In this document: piece after piece, positions 59,900 through 64,000 of the stretch
How the letters are laid out: the number at the start of each line of letters is the position of its first letter
Position numbering within the stretch: the first letter of the stretch is position 1
DNA from: Psammoneis japonica
Lineage: Eukaryota
Direction: 5' to 3'
NCBI GenBank assembly: GCA_008632985.1
Contig: QPGO01000258.1
Span: 20,166-84,165, forward strand
Length of the DNA stretch: 64,000 nt
Notes under the pieces: model-generated
The model's input: only the letters and a program-made list of their open reading frames with translations
What the model was told of the DNA's origin: nothing
Databases searched by the model: none
Program-made: the position numbers and the translations under genes

Positions 59900-62800
59900 A
59901 AGTAGAGGCAGCACCAAATTCAATGTGGGCCAGCAGCGCGTCAGACTTTGAGAACTCAAATTCTAGGTGGCAAACGACGGCAGGAGCACACCCTGCTTGG
60001 CAACGCACAGCAGGCGCTCAGCAATGCAACGAGTCCATCAACAAGAAGTCTCCTCAGAGGATGGTTCAAGTGGCACACTCTCTTGTGGCAACAAGATCTC
60101 ATCATTGTGTTGCTGATCTTTTGTTTCTGGGTTGGACGACTGAAGTGCTCATTGCTGGAACTGATTGTGCAACAAGCACGTGACAGAACTCTGGCAACTC
60201 AGGCATTTTTGACACACTCAGTTGTTCCACAGGGCATTGAAGCACAGTGTGGCACTTTGGTCAGTGCTTTCCTGATGCAGGTTCAACTCCTGTGCATGTC
60301 ACACTGCTGGACACGCAGGATCTCTGTCAGTGCAATGCTGAGTCACAGAGCACAGTGGGCTGTTCTTTCAGAGCCACTGTGGATTGCTTCTGACAACTGC
60401 TGAAGTCAAAGACAGCTGGCAATGACTGTGGAAGGTGCTGTTTGTGCAACACAGTCCTTTGCAGCACTTGGGCTTTGCGGGCAGGTGGGAAAGAAGAAAA
60501 CAGTGCGGTGCTTCTTCTTGACATTTCAACAACAACAAACTCTCTTGAAGCTGTCTCAAGAAGGAGCAGGTCTGAAAGCAGTTTTAATCACAGACACCGT
60601 CTCTTTGACACGTGCATTGTCAAATCCATGAACTGCCATTGATGTGAAGTGAGGAAAGAAAGGATGGAGCCGACCCTCACAGAAGATTCTTTGCCGAAAT
60701 GGAAAACAAACAACAAGATGATGAGATCAATCCTGGGGGCAGTGACAACATTGACATTGAGGTTGGCATTGACAAATTGGGAAGAACACCGCAGCTCACA
60801 TGGTTGCGGGATCCATTCGAAGCAGCAGTGGTTGCGACATGGACTTTTCAATTGTTGACTCCATGCTGAATTCAGCCAAGTTTGTTGACTCCACACTGAG
60901 TTCAGCTGAGTCAGAGTCTGAAGACTTGGTCAAGACCCAGATGATCAAGATGAATCTGCACAGTCACCAACACCTAAGACGTTGCCCAACCACACCAAAT
61001 CTTGACCCATCCCTGAGTCCCACACAGCATCCACAGGCTTCTTTGCTCCCACTGCAACCAATGCAAACAGCTGTTGCCAGTTCCCAGAAAGTTTGGGCTC
61101 TGCCTTTTTGAGAAGTGTTCTCAATCCCACAGTGAGCGCATTCAACAACACACACCTGCCACACACACCTCCGGCCACAGAAACTTCACATGAAACATCT
61201 CATTTTGGCAAATGCACTTGATCGAAGAGTGCCTTGGGGCATCTTCATTCTGCTTTGGAGCATCTTGAAGAATGAGATTTGTTGGATCAACAAACCAAGG
61301 GTGTTGTCAGAGATTTGGTTGATGTTGGAGATGAAGAGCTTGGAATTGATGTGATGTGAACAAATGCTGCACTCTTGTTCTTGTCCTCCCTTGATGGGAC
61401 AGGCAATCTCATTGTCACTGCTGTCATCATTGGATGATGCAGAAGCAGTGGCAGTCCTTCTGGTCCATCAGGAAATTCCCTTCCACCAAATGAAAATCCA
61501 ATGTTGCAGCCATCGTTGCTTTGCTCCACACAAGTGCCACTGTTTTGCTTCTCCTGTTGTTGCTCTTTGGGTTGCTTGTCCTCTGTGGCTGTTCTTGCTG
61601 CGTTCTCTTTCTTGGAATGGCATTCAAACTTGTTGTGGGCTTCAACAATGTTGATCACATGGTCACAGGTTTTTGTGGCTTTTTTTTTTTGCAGTGCCGG
61701 CACAGAAGTCATCATTGGAGCTGGAATCGCCTGCACCTTTTGAGCTGAATCCTCCCCAACTCCCATCACACTGACACCCAGTTGACACACATGCACAAAA
61801 GACAATGACACTTGAGCAATGCCAGTTGGAGGCAACACAGAGGGAATGAGTCATCTTGCTGGAGATTTGATGCTGAAAGGTTGCTTTGCATTCTTTGGTG
61901 TTGGTGTGGATCAAAAGAACAGACTGGAGCAAGGCACAGTGAATCACAGCTTGTCTTGAAACAGCTGCTGGCGTGGGCATTGTGACAATTGCATCCAAAC
62001 CTGGCAGGTGCAACACACCAGCACATTTGTCTTGAATGGCATGTCCATGTGCATGTTTTGAAATGCACTTGGAACACACAGCAACCAGAGCTGAACAAAA
62101 GTTGGGGAAAGGAGCAAACTGGCCAAAAATTGACTGTGTTCAGTGTGCAAACATGGGGTCAGAGATTCATTGGCTTCTTCTTTGTCATCTGGGGTGGTTG
62201 CTGCAGACACATCAGTGCACATTGCAGCTGCAGGGTGACCATGTGACACAGAGTGGTGTGTGCTGCCAAGCTGAGCACCCCAGACTGGCTTTGAGCCAAG
62301 CCCAGGGCACCAGCTGCCAGCTCCCTCTGCCCCACCCCCCCAGCAGGTGCTCTCCTCTTGCAATGTGGTTTGGCTGCTCAAGCTGCACCACACACTGACT
62401 CAAAGGCTGCACTTGGGAATGGCTGGGGAGAACAAAAACTTGCAAGCTTGGCTGCTTGCTTCAGACCTTTTGCTGGCAAGCAAAAGCTTGTGAGAAAAGA
62501 CCAGCGGGTGCTGCAGCACCATGAGCAGAGGAGAGTTGTCACCACTGGTGCATTTCAGGTCAAGTGCTTGGCATGCTCAATGACTCCTGGACCCAACCTT
62601 GCCAAGATCTTCTTCACTTTGAACCACACAAGCAGGGGCAGAGGTTTGTTGGCTCTTTGTCATCCAGGGTGGCTGTGCCTCCAAGATGCTGCTCTGCTCT
62701 CTTTGCTGAGGGAGGCTCCCAGCTGCTCATGGGTCATGTGCACTTTGGGGGCATGTCGCTTGATTTGCAAATTGTGTCATGCTCCTTGCCCACAACTGTG

Positions 62801-64000
62801 TGGTGTGCCCAATGTGCCAGTGCATTGGCTGGGCACGTGACAAACTTTCATGCTTGTCTGTGGCTGGCAAAATGCCATTGAGCTTCCCACTTGCTTTTTT
62901 GAATGCTGCTGTCAACATGTCACAAGTCAAGCCCAGCTCACTGTGAGAAGCACTTCCAGTGGGCTGTTGCTTGGGAGCATTTGTGGTTGTCTCACATTGT
63001 GTGTTGGCCAGCAAAAATGGGTGCTCTCCTGTTTGCAGCAACAAGCAAGGTTGTGTGTCAATGATGAGGGGGAAAGCCTCTCTTGCTGTCACCACCACAC
63101 AACAAAACAATTTCTCTGGTTGCATCTCCATCAAGGGGTTGACAGAGCCAAATTGGCTCTGTTGCTTTTCACAGGTGTGCTGCCAAGGCAAACTGAGGGC
63201 AGGCAACTCATGCATTTGCACATTGAACAGGCAGAGGCAATTTTGGACATGAGAGAAATGGCATGTTCGAAAGCATTTTCTGCTTGTCATTCAAACCATT
63301 TTGCAACTGCCACAGCATGGGGCACCAACAGGAGCTCCTGTCATCTCTGGCTTTGGCCAGGGATCTTTGCAGTTGTGCTGACCCTCAAGCCAGCACTCTT
63401 GTCTGAGAGGGGCAGTGGTGTGTGGGGTTGGGCAGTCCAGCCAGCTTGCTTGTGCTCTCTTGATGGCACAAAGTGCTCTCATGGCAGCAAGGTGGGAGCA
63501 ACTTTTGTGAGTTGTGAGCTGGGCTGGTGCTCTGGAGGTCTAAGTGCACCACTGGGAAGCTGTGCAGGAAGAGCTCAGTGCTGCCACCATGGTCAGAATC
63601 ATGGGCCTGTTGCCCCATGTCTTGTGATTCTGGGAGTGCTCACAACTCCCAGGTTTGATGTGTCAACTGGCAGCTTGGAAAACAGCTTGAATTGCAACAC
63701 CTGACATTTGGGTGGTGCTGTTGTTCCCAAGAGCTGGGGGGAGGGAACAGGCAGAGAAAGGTTTTGCAGGTGCTGCTTTGTCAATGGTTGGGGACACAGC
63801 TTGGACTCTGGACTTTCTCAGGATGGAAGCAGCAGGTGCAGCAACAGAAGATGCCTTTGTGACAGAGGAGTGGCTGATGGACAAAGCCTGAGCACAGAGA
63901 ACTGTCCACTCCAGCTCAAGCAAGCAACACGCTCCAAAGGCGATGCTGCATGTGTGTTCATGCACCAACATGCTTCAAGCTGAAAGTCATGAAAAATGCC
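59900..64000. other. TpA/CpG-depleted hypermutated domain 5
   Basis: TA nearly absent from ~59900; CG fades after ~60200. Confidence 0.9.

Noticed and set aside
1..64000. Classical fungal RIP as the cause of the skew
   Set aside because: RIP raises TpA and lowers CpA/TpG; the opposite is seen, and linked duplicates outside the domains are untouched.

Overview
Eukaryotic genomic DNA, most likely a diatom or other stramenopile (inferred from gene content and short spliceosomal introns). The window alternates sharply between two kinds of DNA. (i) Normal-composition islands carry intact genes: a fumarylacetoacetase/maleylacetoacetate-isomerase fusion, a KIX/Med15-like protein, two tandem ankyrin paralogues, a 1007-aa protein kinase and two orphan proteins sharing a double RRSxR(L/I) tail. 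They also carry DDX10/DBP4 (x2) and PNO1 pseudogenes. (ii) Large domains (about 1-1648, 12430-25800, 28150-34980, 45330-53200, 59900-64000) are almost devoid of TpA, mostly also of CpG, and saturated in TG/CA. The main finding is direct evidence for a regional TpA->TpG/CpA (A:T->G:C) hypermutation process that is separable from CpG decay. It is visible in repeat pairs with one copy inside and one outside a domain, and its direction is set by Tyr->Cys/His changes at conserved residues of engulfed FKBP, bestrophin-like and dihydroxyacetone-kinase genes. A foldback-like structure (palindromic 18-bp array flanked by two inverted-repeat pairs) lies directly upstream of the kinase. All counts and alignments were made by eye.
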